Source: Desulfobulbus propionicus DSM 2032 (GTDB lineage: Bacteria; Desulfobacterota; Desulfobulbia; Desulfobulbales; Desulfobulbaceae). From it: 32,000 nt of DNA. Location of the stretch: NCBI RefSeq assembly GCF_000186885.1, contig NC_014972.1, positions 3,819,870-3,851,869 on the forward strand, given 5' to 3'. The notes under the pieces are model-generated. The model was not told the origin of the DNA, ran no database searches, and saw only the letters and a list, made by a program, of their open reading frames with translations. The translations under genes were made by a program, and so were the position numbers. This document shows positions 1 to 7,020 of the stretch, one piece after another. Numbering within the stretch: the first letter of the stretch is position 1; the number at the start of each line of letters is the position of its first letter.

Positions 1-447
1 CCGGCCCTGGACGACAAGGGACGGCCCAAATTCGCCTACAGCCGCCTGATCCACGAAAACTGCGAACGCAGGCCCCACTTTGACGCCGGCCGTTTTGCCG
101 AGGAGTTCGGCGACGAAGGCCATCGCCAGGGCTACTGCCTCTACAAACTGGGGTGCAAGGGACCGGAGACGTATAACAACTGCGCCACCCTGCCGTTCAA
201 CGACACCCCCGGCTGTTGGCCGGTGGCCACCGGCTCGCCCTGCTTCGGTTGTTCCGAGGACAAGGTCGGTTTCCACAGCCCCCTGTTTTCCAAGGCAAAG
301 GTCGCCTTCCCCACGCCGCCGGCACAACAGCCCGACGCGGTTCCGCCCAAGGGCGGTGGCGCCAAGAATTTCGCCTATGGCGTGGCCGGAGCGGCCATCG
401 GCGCGGCGGCGGTGGCCCTGTCACAGCGGGGCGGCAAGGAAGACTGA
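1..447 (+). CDS. hybO: [NiFe] hydrogenase small subunit, C-terminal part (5' end lies outside the window)
   Basis: Frame 1 is open from base 1 to TGA at 445-447. The translation PALDDKGRPKFAYSRLIHENCERRPHFDAGRF..GYCLYKLGCKGPETYNNC..GSPCFGCSE matches the Fe-S cluster Cys region of group 1 small subunits (compare E. coli HybO). It ends in a Pro-rich linker and a hydrophobic C-terminal anchor (FAYGVAGAAIGAAAVAL). Confidence 0.9.
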   Translation, partial: PALDDKGRPKFAYSRLIHENCERRPHFDAGRFAEEFGDEGHRQGYCLYKLGCKGPETYNNCATLPFNDTPGCWPVATGSPCFGCSEDKVGFHSPLFSKAKVAFPTPPAQQPDAVPPKGGGAKNFAYGVAGAAIGAAAVALSQRGGKED

Positions 448-471
448 ACATAGACCGGGAGTGTGAACACC

Positions 472-1503
472 ATGGCAATCAACAGACGGGATTTTCTCAA
501 ATTTTCGGCGGGGGCCGGCCTGATGCTGACTGCGGCGCCGACGCGCGGCCAAGCGGCACCGCGCGGGGAGCTGCCGCCCGATGCGGTCGGCATCCTCTAT
601 GACGCGACCCTGTGCATCGGCTGCATGTCGTGCATGGTCAACTGCAAGAAAGCCAACTCCGAACCCGGCGGCGCCTTGTACCACAAGGAAACTGCCGGCC
701 AGATTCCCTTTGAATATCCGCAGGGCGATCCGATCTATGACGCCCCGGACAACCTCTCCTCCAAGACGCTGTGCGTGATCAAGGCCTACCGCGATGGTGA
801 CGGCGAGCAGCCCGGCCAGAGCGAAAAGGGCGGCCCGGCCTTCTCCTTTGTCAAGCAGCACTGTCTCCATTGTCTCGAACCGGCCTGCGTGTCGGTCTGC
901 CCGGTGGCGGCCCTGCAAAAGCAGCCGGACACCGGCATCGTCACCTACAACAAGAACCGCTGCTTTGGCTGCCGGTACTGTCAAATCGCCTGTCCCTTCG
1001 GTATTCCCGCCTATGAATGGGAAAAAGCCTCGCCCTCGGTGGTCAAGTGCCAGTTGTGCAATCATCGCTATGCCCAGGGAGGGTATTCCGCCTGCTGCGA
1101 ATTCTGTCCCACCGGCGCCTCGATCTTCGGCAAGGTCAAGGATCTGCGGGAAGAAGCCAAGCGCCGCCTGGCGCTCAAGCCCGGCGAGACCTACGCCTAT
1201 CCGGTCAAACGGGTCGACGGCGACGAGCGTACCGAACAGGTGGTGGCCGAGTATGTCAACCATGTGTACGGTCTGGAAGAGGCCGGCGGCACCCAATATC
1301 TCTTCCTCGCCGGGGTGAGCTTCGACAAGCTAGGTTTCAACCCCAGGATCACCAACCAGGTCTATCCCGATTTCACCTGGGATTACGTGTCCCATGTACC
1401 GGCCCTGATCGGCACCCTGCTGGTGGCCGGCACCGCGTTGCGGGTGGTAACCCAGAAGTTGGAGAAAAAAAACAATGACGCCGGGAAGGGGGATGCGTCC
1501 TGA
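472..1503 (+). CDS. hybA: HybA-type Tat-exported 4x[4Fe-4S] ferredoxin subunit of hydrogenase, with C-terminal membrane anchor
   Basis: Twin-arginine signal MAINRRDFLKFSAGAG..TRGQA. Four Cys clusters are present: CIGCMSCMVNC, CLHCLEPACVSVCP, CFGCRYCQIACP, CQLC..CCEFCP. There is a C-terminal hydrophobic helix (VPALIGTLLVAGTALRVV). GGGAG lies 11 nt upstream of ATG 472. The ORF track start, GTG 463, is too close to that RBS. Confidence 0.85.
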   Translation: MAINRRDFLKFSAGAGLMLTAAPTRGQAAPRGELPPDAVGILYDATLCIGCMSCMVNCKKANSEPGGALYHKETAGQIPFEYPQGDPIYDAPDNLSSKTLCVIKAYRDGDGEQPGQSEKGGPAFSFVKQHCLHCLEPACVSVCPVAALQKQPDTGIVTYNKNRCFGCRYCQIACPFGIPAYEWEKASPSVVKCQLCNHRYAQGGYSACCEFCPTGASIFGKVKDLREEAKRRLALKPGETYAYPVKRVDGDERTEQVVAEYVNHVYGLEEAGGTQYLFLAGVSFDKLGFNPRITNQVYPDFTWDYVSHVPALIGTLLVAGTALRVVTQKLEKKNNDAGKGDAS

Positions 1504-1585
1504 CCCCACACGGACAACCTGTCTCGCGAACGTTGATATCAAGTGACATTCATCCCCCAGCAGCGGGAGTGTAAAGGAGAACACC

Positions 1586-3286
1586 ATGGCCCAAAAAATC
1601 ACCATTGATCCAGTCACCAGAATAGAGGGGCATCTGCGGATAGATTGCGAAGTCGACAACGGCAAGATCACCAATGCCTGGTCATCGGGACAGATGTGGC
1701 GGGGCATTGAAATCATCCTCAAAGGCAGGGATCCCCGGGATGCCTGGGCCTATACCCAGCGCATCTGCGGCGTCTGCACCACCGTCCACGCCATGGCCTC
1801 GGTGCGGGCGGTCGAGGATGCCCTGAAACTGGAGATTCCGCTCAACGCCCAGTACATCCGCAACATGATCGTCGGCGCTCACGGCATCCACGATCACATG
1901 GTTCATTTCTATCAGCTGTGCGCCCTCGACTGGGTGGACATCGTTTCCGCCACCACCGCCGATCCCCAGGCAACCGCCGCGCTCGGACAGAAGCTGTCCG
2001 GCTGGAAGGGCAACAGTGTCCAGGAGATCAAAGCGGTCCAGGACCGGCTGAAAAAATTCATCGCCAGTGGGCAATTGGGGATCTTTGCCAGCGGCTATTG
2101 GGGGCATCCGGCGATGAAACTCACCCCCGAGGTCAACCTGCTGGCCGCCACCCATTACCTGCAGGCCCTGGAATATCAGCGCAAGATCAATCAGGTGGTG
2201 GCAATTCTCGGCAGCAAGACGCCGCACATCCAGAACCTGGCGGTGGGTGGGGTTACCAACCCGATCAATCCCGACAGTCCGGCCAATCTGACGATTGAAA
2301 AATTGTTCCACATCAAGACCCTGATCGACGAGGTGGGCGATTTCATCAAGCAGGCCATGCTCACCGACGTGGCCGCGATCGGCGCCTACTACGCCGATTG
2401 GACCCAATACGGCGCCGGCGTGCTCAACTACCTGTCCGTGCCCGACATGCCCATGGACAGCAAGGGCACGACCTTTGCCCTGCCCGGTGGTTACATCCCG
2501 GGCGGTGATCTCGCCAAGTTCCGCCCGATCGCCAGCCAAAAGGAAACGGTGCTCTACGACTCGATCAAGGAGTCGATCAAACACGCTTGGTACAACGGCA
2601 ACTGGGACCGCTCCCCCTACGAGGGGGAAACAGTACCCAACTACACCGGATTCGAGTACGACAAGAAGTACTCATGGGTCAAGGCCCCCACCTTCATGGG
2701 GCAGCCGGCCCAGGTCGGCCCCCTGCCCCACGTGGTGGCCATGTATCTTGCCGGCCACCAAGCCACCAAGCAGTATGTCGATGCCACCCTGCAGACCGTC
2801 TCGGCCCTGGCCGGCGCCACGGTGGGCATTGACGCCCTCCACTCGACCATCGGTCGAATCGCCGCCCGGGTGGTACGCTGCGCCGTGCTTCATGATACCT
2901 TGAGCGTCCAGTGGCAGGCCCTGATCGACAACATCGGCAAGGGGGACCTCGATACCTTCAACGCCCCGGTTTTTCCACGGGGCGAGCAACGCGGCGTCGG
3001 GTTCCACGAAGCCCCGCGCGGCACCTTGTCCCACTGGATCGTGATCGAAAACGGCAAGATCAAGAATTATCAGGCGGTGGTGCCCTCCACCTGGAACGCC
3101 GGGCCGCGCAACGACCAGGGGGCGCTCGGCCCCTACGAGGCCTCGCTGGTGGGCAATCCGGTGGCCAACGCCGAACTGCCGCTGGAGGTGCTGCGCACGG
3201 TTCATAGCTTTGATCCCTGCCTGGCCTGCGCCATCCACCTGGTCGACGGCCGCAAGACCCCGATCACCAAGGTCAGAGTGCTGTGA
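1586..3286 (+). CDS. hybC: [NiFe] hydrogenase large subunit (group 1, Cys-type, not Se-type)
   Basis: RBS AAGGAG precedes the ATG. N-terminal motifs RIEGHLRI and RICGVCTTVH are present. The C-terminal Ni-ligand motif DPCLACAIH (3212-3238) is followed by a 15-aa extension (LVDGRKTPITKVRVL), typical of protease-processed precursors. Confidence 0.95.
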   Translation: MAQKITIDPVTRIEGHLRIDCEVDNGKITNAWSSGQMWRGIEIILKGRDPRDAWAYTQRICGVCTTVHAMASVRAVEDALKLEIPLNAQYIRNMIVGAHGIHDHMVHFYQLCALDWVDIVSATTADPQATAALGQKLSGWKGNSVQEIKAVQDRLKKFIASGQLGIFASGYWGHPAMKLTPEVNLLAATHYLQALEYQRKINQVVAILGSKTPHIQNLAVGGVTNPINPDSPANLTIEKLFHIKTLIDEVGDFIKQAMLTDVAAIGAYYADWTQYGAGVLNYLSVPDMPMDSKGTTFALPGGYIPGGDLAKFRPIASQKETVLYDSIKESIKHAWYNGNWDRSPYEGETVPNYTGFEYDKKYSWVKAPTFMGQPAQVGPLPHVVAMYLAGHQATKQYVDATLQTVSALAGATVGIDALHSTIGRIAARVVRCAVLHDTLSVQWQALIDNIGKGDLDTFNAPVFPRGEQRGVGFHEAPRGTLSHWIVIENGKIKNYQAVVPSTWNAGPRNDQGALGPYEASLVGNPVANAELPLEVLRTVHSFDPCLACAIHLVDGRKTPITKVRVL

Positions 3287-3792
3287 ACGGGGGCGGGATG
3301 AAGGCGCTGGTGCTGGGCATCGGCAATCTGCTGATCGGCGACGAGGGCGTCGGCTGCCGGACAATTGAGGAGCTGTCCCGCCGCTACACCCTGCCGCCCG
3401 AGGTGGAATGCGTCGATGGCGGAACGGCCGGATTTGAGCTCTTGGCCATGCTCGACAGCAAGGACCACGTCATCCTCATCGATGCCCTGCGGGGCGACCG
3501 CGAGCCGGGAACCGTGGTCCTGGTCGAGGGCGACCATGTGCCCAAGGCCTTTCTCGCCCGCACCACCCCGCACCAGCTGGGCATCTGCGACGTGCTCGCC
3601 GCGGCCCAGCTCACCGACACCATGCCCAGACACCTGACCCTCTACGGCATAGAGCCCAAACAACTCGATGTCGGCATCGGCCTCTCCCCGGAGGTGGAGG
3701 CCGGAATGGAGAAAACCATCGGAGCCGTGGTCGAACAACTCCGTCACTTTGGATATGAGGTGAAACGCAATGGAATCGAATCCAAACATTAA
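3283..3792 (+). CDS. hybD: hydrogenase maturation endopeptidase (HybD/HyaD family)
   Basis: MKALVLGIGNLLIGDEGVG, ILIDA and TPHQ motifs (metal ligands E/D/H) are present, and the length of about 165 aa fits the family. The start is either GTG 3283, overlapping the hybC stop as GTGA, or ATG 3298. Confidence 0.9.
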   Translation: MNGGGMKALVLGIGNLLIGDEGVGCRTIEELSRRYTLPPEVECVDGGTAGFELLAMLDSKDHVILIDALRGDREPGTVVLVEGDHVPKAFLARTTPHQLGICDVLAAAQLTDTMPRHLTLYGIEPKQLDVGIGLSPEVEAGMEKTIGAVVEQLRHFGYEVKRNGIESKH

Positions 3793-4894
3793 AACGTGGA
3801 CGCCGGCGACCATCGTCATGGTGGTGCTGATCATCGTCGGAACCGTGGTCGCCCTCTATCGAATACTGTCTGGCCTCGGGGCGGTCACCAACATGAACGA
3901 CGGCTACCCGTGGGGCTTCTGGCTCGGCCTCGACGTGCTCGGCGGCGTGGCCATGGCGGCGGGCGGGTTCATCATCGCCTGCGCCGTCTACCTGTTCAAT
4001 TGGAAAAAATACCGGCCCATCGTCCGTCCGGCCATCCTCACCGCCTTTCTCGGTTACCTGATGGCGGTGGCGGCCATTTTCCTCGACATCGGCCACCCCT
4101 TCCGTTTGCCGCACCCCATGGTCATGTGGCAGTACCACTCGGTCATGTGGGTCGTGGCGATGCACGTCATCTTCTACACCACCACCCTGGCCCTGGAGTT
4201 CAGCCCTATGCTTTTTGAACGGCTGGGCTGGGAAAAGGCGCGCCGGGCCGTGGGCAAGGTGATGGTCGGCGCGGTCATCTTCGGCGTCATGCTCTCCACC
4301 TTGCACCAATCGTCGCTGGGCGCGGTGTTCCTGATCGCCCCCTCCAAGATGTCGCCGCTGTGGTGGGATACCAAGATGCCCTTTCACTTCCTGGTTTCCG
4401 CCGTGGCCATGGGCCTGAGCATGGTCAGCTTCGAAACCATGCTCAGCGCCAAGTTCCTCGGTCACAAGGTCGACAAGGAAATCTTTTTCGGCCTGGGACG
4501 GGGCGTGCTTATCGTGCTGAGCTTTTATCTGCTGCTCAAACTCTACCAGCTGTTTGCCGTCGCCAGTCCTGGCATGGCCTTCGACGGCTCGCTCGAGGGC
4601 AACATGTATCTGTTGGAGATGTTGATCGGGGTCATCCTGCCCATCGGTCTGCTCAGTCTCAAAACGGTGCGCACCAACGTCAACGCCCTCTTTTCGATCA
4701 ATATGCTGGTGATCACCGGCGTGCTGCTCAACCGGATGAACGTCTGTTTGTTCAGCATGGAAAGTTACAACACCTGGCGGGGTTCCGCCTACTCGCCCTC
4801 ATGGATGGAGTTTTTGGTGTCGCTGGGCATCATTTCCCTGGGCGTATTTCTCTACAAAATGTCGGCCAAGCACCTGCCCTTGTTCTCCCACTGA
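3770..4894 (+). CDS. hybB: HybB-like integral membrane subunit (NrfD/PsrC family, quinone-interacting)
   Basis: The protein is polytopic and hydrophobic. Long blocks align by eye to E. coli HybB (GYPWGFWLG.D, VRPA.LTAFLGY, ALEFSP.LFERLGW, LHQSS.G). GAGGTGA RBS precedes ATG 3770. The start overlaps the hybD 3' end by 23 nt. Confidence 0.85.
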   Translation: MESNPNIKTWTPATIVMVVLIIVGTVVALYRILSGLGAVTNMNDGYPWGFWLGLDVLGGVAMAAGGFIIACAVYLFNWKKYRPIVRPAILTAFLGYLMAVAAIFLDIGHPFRLPHPMVMWQYHSVMWVVAMHVIFYTTTLALEFSPMLFERLGWEKARRAVGKVMVGAVIFGVMLSTLHQSSLGAVFLIAPSKMSPLWWDTKMPFHFLVSAVAMGLSMVSFETMLSAKFLGHKVDKEIFFGLGRGVLIVLSFYLLLKLYQLFAVASPGMAFDGSLEGNMYLLEMLIGVILPIGLLSLKTVRTNVNALFSINMLVITGVLLNRMNVCLFSMESYNTWRGSAYSPSWMEFLVSLGIISLGVFLYKMSAKHLPLFSH

Positions 4895-5006
4895 TCGCCG
4901 GAGAAACGCTTCATGCGGACGATGCGCACCGTTTTCGACCGCATGGGGCGCAGGCCAGCATACTTGGCCGATCAACACAGGCCTCAACGATAAACGGACG
5001 CTTTCC

Positions 5007-5327
5007 ATGCACATCGTGAAATCATCCAGTGCACGCGGTGTTGTCGCGCTCGGCTGTCTGCTCGCGGCCACGGTGCTGCCGCCAGCCGGCTCAGCCGCGG
5101 CTGGCGAAAATTGTCAGGAACTGGTGCGGAATAAATGCGCCACGTGCCATTTCGTCACCTACATTTGTCCCAAGATCAAACAAGGCAAGGGCCGTTTCAC
5201 CTGGAAAGGCATCGTCAAGGACATGGTCAAGGAAGGGATGGTGGCCACCGACCGGGAGCAGGAGCAACTGGTCGATTGCCTGGCCGTTCCGGACGCCCCG
5301 GTCAAGGCCTTTTGTCCAGCGCGATAA
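5007..5327 (+). CDS. small secreted monoheme c-type cytochrome (putative), Cys-rich
   Basis: 106 aa with an N-terminal signal peptide (..VLPPAGSAAAG). There is a single CXXCH heme motif, C44-A-T-C47-H48, at nt 5136-5150. The downstream pattern R.FTW...V..M....G resembles the heme-binding domain of quinohemoprotein amine dehydrogenase-type small cytochromes. GC3 bias is coding-like. The RBS is weak. Confidence 0.6.
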   Translation: MHIVKSSSARGVVALGCLLAATVLPPAGSAAAGENCQELVRNKCATCHFVTYICPKIKQGKGRFTWKGIVKDMVKEGMVATDREQEQLVDCLAVPDAPVKAFCPAR

Positions 5328-5346
5328 GCACCGGTCCGCATCACAA

Positions 5347-5394
5347 CAGCAACGGGGAGAACGGCCAAGACCGTTCTCCCCGTTGCTGTTTGTT
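5347..5394 (+). terminator. intrinsic terminator after the hydrogenase/cytochrome unit
   Basis: Perfect 18-bp stem (5347-5364 cagcaacggggagaacgg paired with 5371-5388 ccgttctccccgttgctg), a 6-nt loop, then TTTGTTG. Confidence 0.65.
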
Positions 5395-5468
5395 GCCAAT
5401 TGACTCTCCGGTAGTTGTTTTCGCATCGCTTCGGCGGGAGATGCACAACCAGGCGCCGTGCCGGAAGA

Positions 5469-5486
5469 GGGGCGTTGTCACGCCCC
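5469..5486 (-). terminator. weak hairpin downstream of the minus-strand gene 5493..6125
   Basis: GGGGCG / CGCCCC 6-bp stem with a 6-nt loop, 6 nt past the stop codon on the minus strand. Only a short, poor U-tract (TCTTCC) follows. Confidence 0.3.
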
Positions 5487-5492
5487 AACCGT

Positions 5493-6125
5493 TCACTGTT
5501 CGATAACCGTCGTTTCGGTGATGGTGGTGGTCACGTTCACCAGCTCCTCCTCCCGTGCGGCATTGAAGTCGCCCAGGGTCTTGGCCCCGCCATAGAGTTC
5601 CACCTCCCCGGGAAAGCGGATGCCGATTTCCGAATAGGGGAACATGACCTTGGCGTCGAGAAAGAAGTCGTTGGCCAGGCTGTAGCCCGCGCCCAAAGCC
5701 CCCTGGACGTGGTTGTTGCCATAAAACCCGAGCAGTTCCGCAGAGGGATTCAAACTGTTGAACAGTTCGACAAACAGATTGCCTTCCACCCCATAGACCC
5801 GGTTGCCCTGGTCAATATCCGAAACGGAGGTGTGCTCCTCGGTGCTGACAAGAACCCCCTGTTCGTACCTGTTGGTCACGTGATGGGTGAGTGTGATCTC
5901 GTCCTCTTCCACCTCGGCATACTGGCAGGTCACGCCCAGCCTGATGGTCGAGGGATCGAAAAAGGAACGGTTGGCACTCAGGGCAAACGGAACCTGGATG
6001 ATTCCACCGACCCTGATCTCGTCGTCGGCATGGACCGGCGAGGTCAGCATGACAGACGACAACCCAATCAGCGCGGCGGAGAGGATCGGTCGACGCAGGG
6101 AGGAATGCGGTTGCGTTCTTTTCAT
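5493..6125 (-). CDS. secreted beta-strand-rich protein of unknown function (possible small outer-membrane barrel)
   Basis: I chose the internal ATG at 6125, preceded by AGGAGAAAC, rather than the ORF track start at 6272. The signal peptide is MKRTQPHSSLRRPILSAALIGLSSVMLTSPVHA|DD. Alternating hydrophobic patterns occur (VYGVEGNLFVELF, LLGFYGNNHVQGALGAGYSL). I recognised no family, and there is no C-terminal aromatic residue. Confidence 0.6.
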   Translation of the reverse strand: MKRTQPHSSLRRPILSAALIGLSSVMLTSPVHADDEIRVGGIIQVPFALSANRSFFDPSTIRLGVTCQYAEVEEDEITLTHHVTNRYEQGVLVSTEEHTSVSDIDQGNRVYGVEGNLFVELFNSLNPSAELLGFYGNNHVQGALGAGYSLANDFFLDAKVMFPYSEIGIRFPGEVELYGGAKTLGDFNAAREEELVNVTTTITETTVIEQ

Positions 6126-6159
6126 AGTTTCTCCTGATGAACAAACATGAGTTAGCGAA

Positions 6160-6259
6160 TTTTTCACCGGAGGATAGGAAGCACTTTTCCGCAATTTTTT
6201 CAATAGGATCTTGAAGAATATTTTCAGAAACCATTGCTGAAAAGTATTTTCACCGCAAT
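6160..6259. repeat. cluster of TTTTCA-type motifs in an AT-rich divergent intergenic region
   Basis: TTTTCACCG at 6161-6169, TTTTCCGCAAT at 6185-6195, TTTTCACCGCAAT at 6247-6259, and the inverted repeat TTTTCAG-N9-CTGAAAA at 6221-6243. Confidence 0.4.
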
Positions 6260-6342
6260 GCAGTTGGCTCATTGTGCCGCTTGCCGCCGAAATCCTGCGG
6301 CGGTGATCGCGCCGACAAGCCTCCTGGTTCGATGAAAAGCTG

Positions 6343-6371
6343 TTGACTGTTGGCAGGCGATTATCTATTAG
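6343..6371 (+). promoter_or_regulatory. candidate sigma70-type promoter for the cob operon
   Basis: TTGACT (6343-6348), a 17-nt spacer, then TATTAG (6366-6371), about 90 nt upstream of the cobO ATG. Confidence 0.3.
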
Positions 6372-6459
6372 TCATCATTTCGCCCTGTTTGGGAGGCCGT
6401 GCACGTCGCAATGCCGCTGCCGTGTCCCTCATTCCGGGCACTGCTCAGCGGAGACGGAT

Positions 6460-6975
6460 ATGGTGGGGTACGTTCAGGTCTATACCGGGGACGGCAAGGG
6501 CAAGACCACCGCAGCCCTTGGATTGGCTTTGCGGGCTGCCGGCGCCGGGCTCAAGGTCTACATCGGCCAGTTGATCAAAAACGCCGACTACAGTGAGCTC
6601 AACGTGTTGGAGCGCCTTGCCGATTGCATCACCGTTAGGCAGTTCGGAAGGGGCTGTTTCTTGCTCACCGAGCCCTCCCCAGGCGACAGGGACGCGGCCC
6701 GTCATGCCCTGGAGGAGATTGGGCAGGTGCTGCGGGCGGGCGAACACGAGGTGGTCATCGCCGACGAGGCCAATGTGGCCTGTGCCTTGGGGCTGCTCAC
6801 CGAGGCCGACTTGCTGGCGCTGATCGACCAGCGGCCGCCGCAGGTGGAACTGGTGCTGACTGGACGAGGCGCGCCGGCATCGGTGCTGGCCCGTGCCGAT
6901 CTGGTCACCGAGATGCGGGCGGTGAAGCATTACTACGACCGGGGCGTTCTCGCCCGCAAGGGCATTGAAGGCTAA
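6460..6975 (+). CDS. cobO: cob(I)yrinic acid a,c-diamide / cob(I)alamin adenosyltransferase (CobA/CobO/BtuR family)
   Basis: N-terminus MVGYVQVYTGDGKGKTTAALGLALRAAG carries the family P-loop, and the length of about 171 aa fits. ATG 6460 is preferred over the upstream TTG 6343 of the ORF track. Confidence 0.85.
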   Translation: MVGYVQVYTGDGKGKTTAALGLALRAAGAGLKVYIGQLIKNADYSELNVLERLADCITVRQFGRGCFLLTEPSPGDRDAARHALEEIGQVLRAGEHEVVIADEANVACALGLLTEADLLALIDQRPPQVELVLTGRGAPASVLARADLVTEMRAVKHYYDRGVLARKGIEG

Positions 6976-7020
6976 CCGAGGATGAGGAGCGGCCTGTTGC
7001 CGTCTCCCGCGGAGGCAAGT

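Noticed and set aside
1465-1472. Homopolymer tracts inside genes (A8 in the hybA 3' end; T8C5 at 24657-24669 in rsmE codons 4-7) as possible phase-variation or slippage sites
   Set aside because: They encode sensible residues (EKKNN; the conserved RsmE N-terminal RFFF). The frames are intact, and there is no evidence of variation from a single sequence.
421-2584. 291-aa and 300-aa minus-strand ORFs over hybA and hybC
   Set aside because: They are antisense to genes with Fe-S and Ni-ligand motifs, so they are GC-bias artefacts.
3212-3238. Possible [NiFeSe] hydrogenase with an in-frame TGA selenocysteine
   Set aside because: The C-terminal motif reads DPCLACAIH with TGC cysteine codons and no in-frame TGA, so this is a standard Cys-type [NiFe] enzyme.
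6126-6459. Possible cobalamin riboswitch upstream of cobO, or on the minus strand upstream of the secreted-protein gene
   Set aside because: The candidate leader is only about 88 nt. I could not find the conserved B12-box/GCCACTG-type core or the multi-stem layout on either strand. This call was made by eye only, and an Rfam scan would be decisive.
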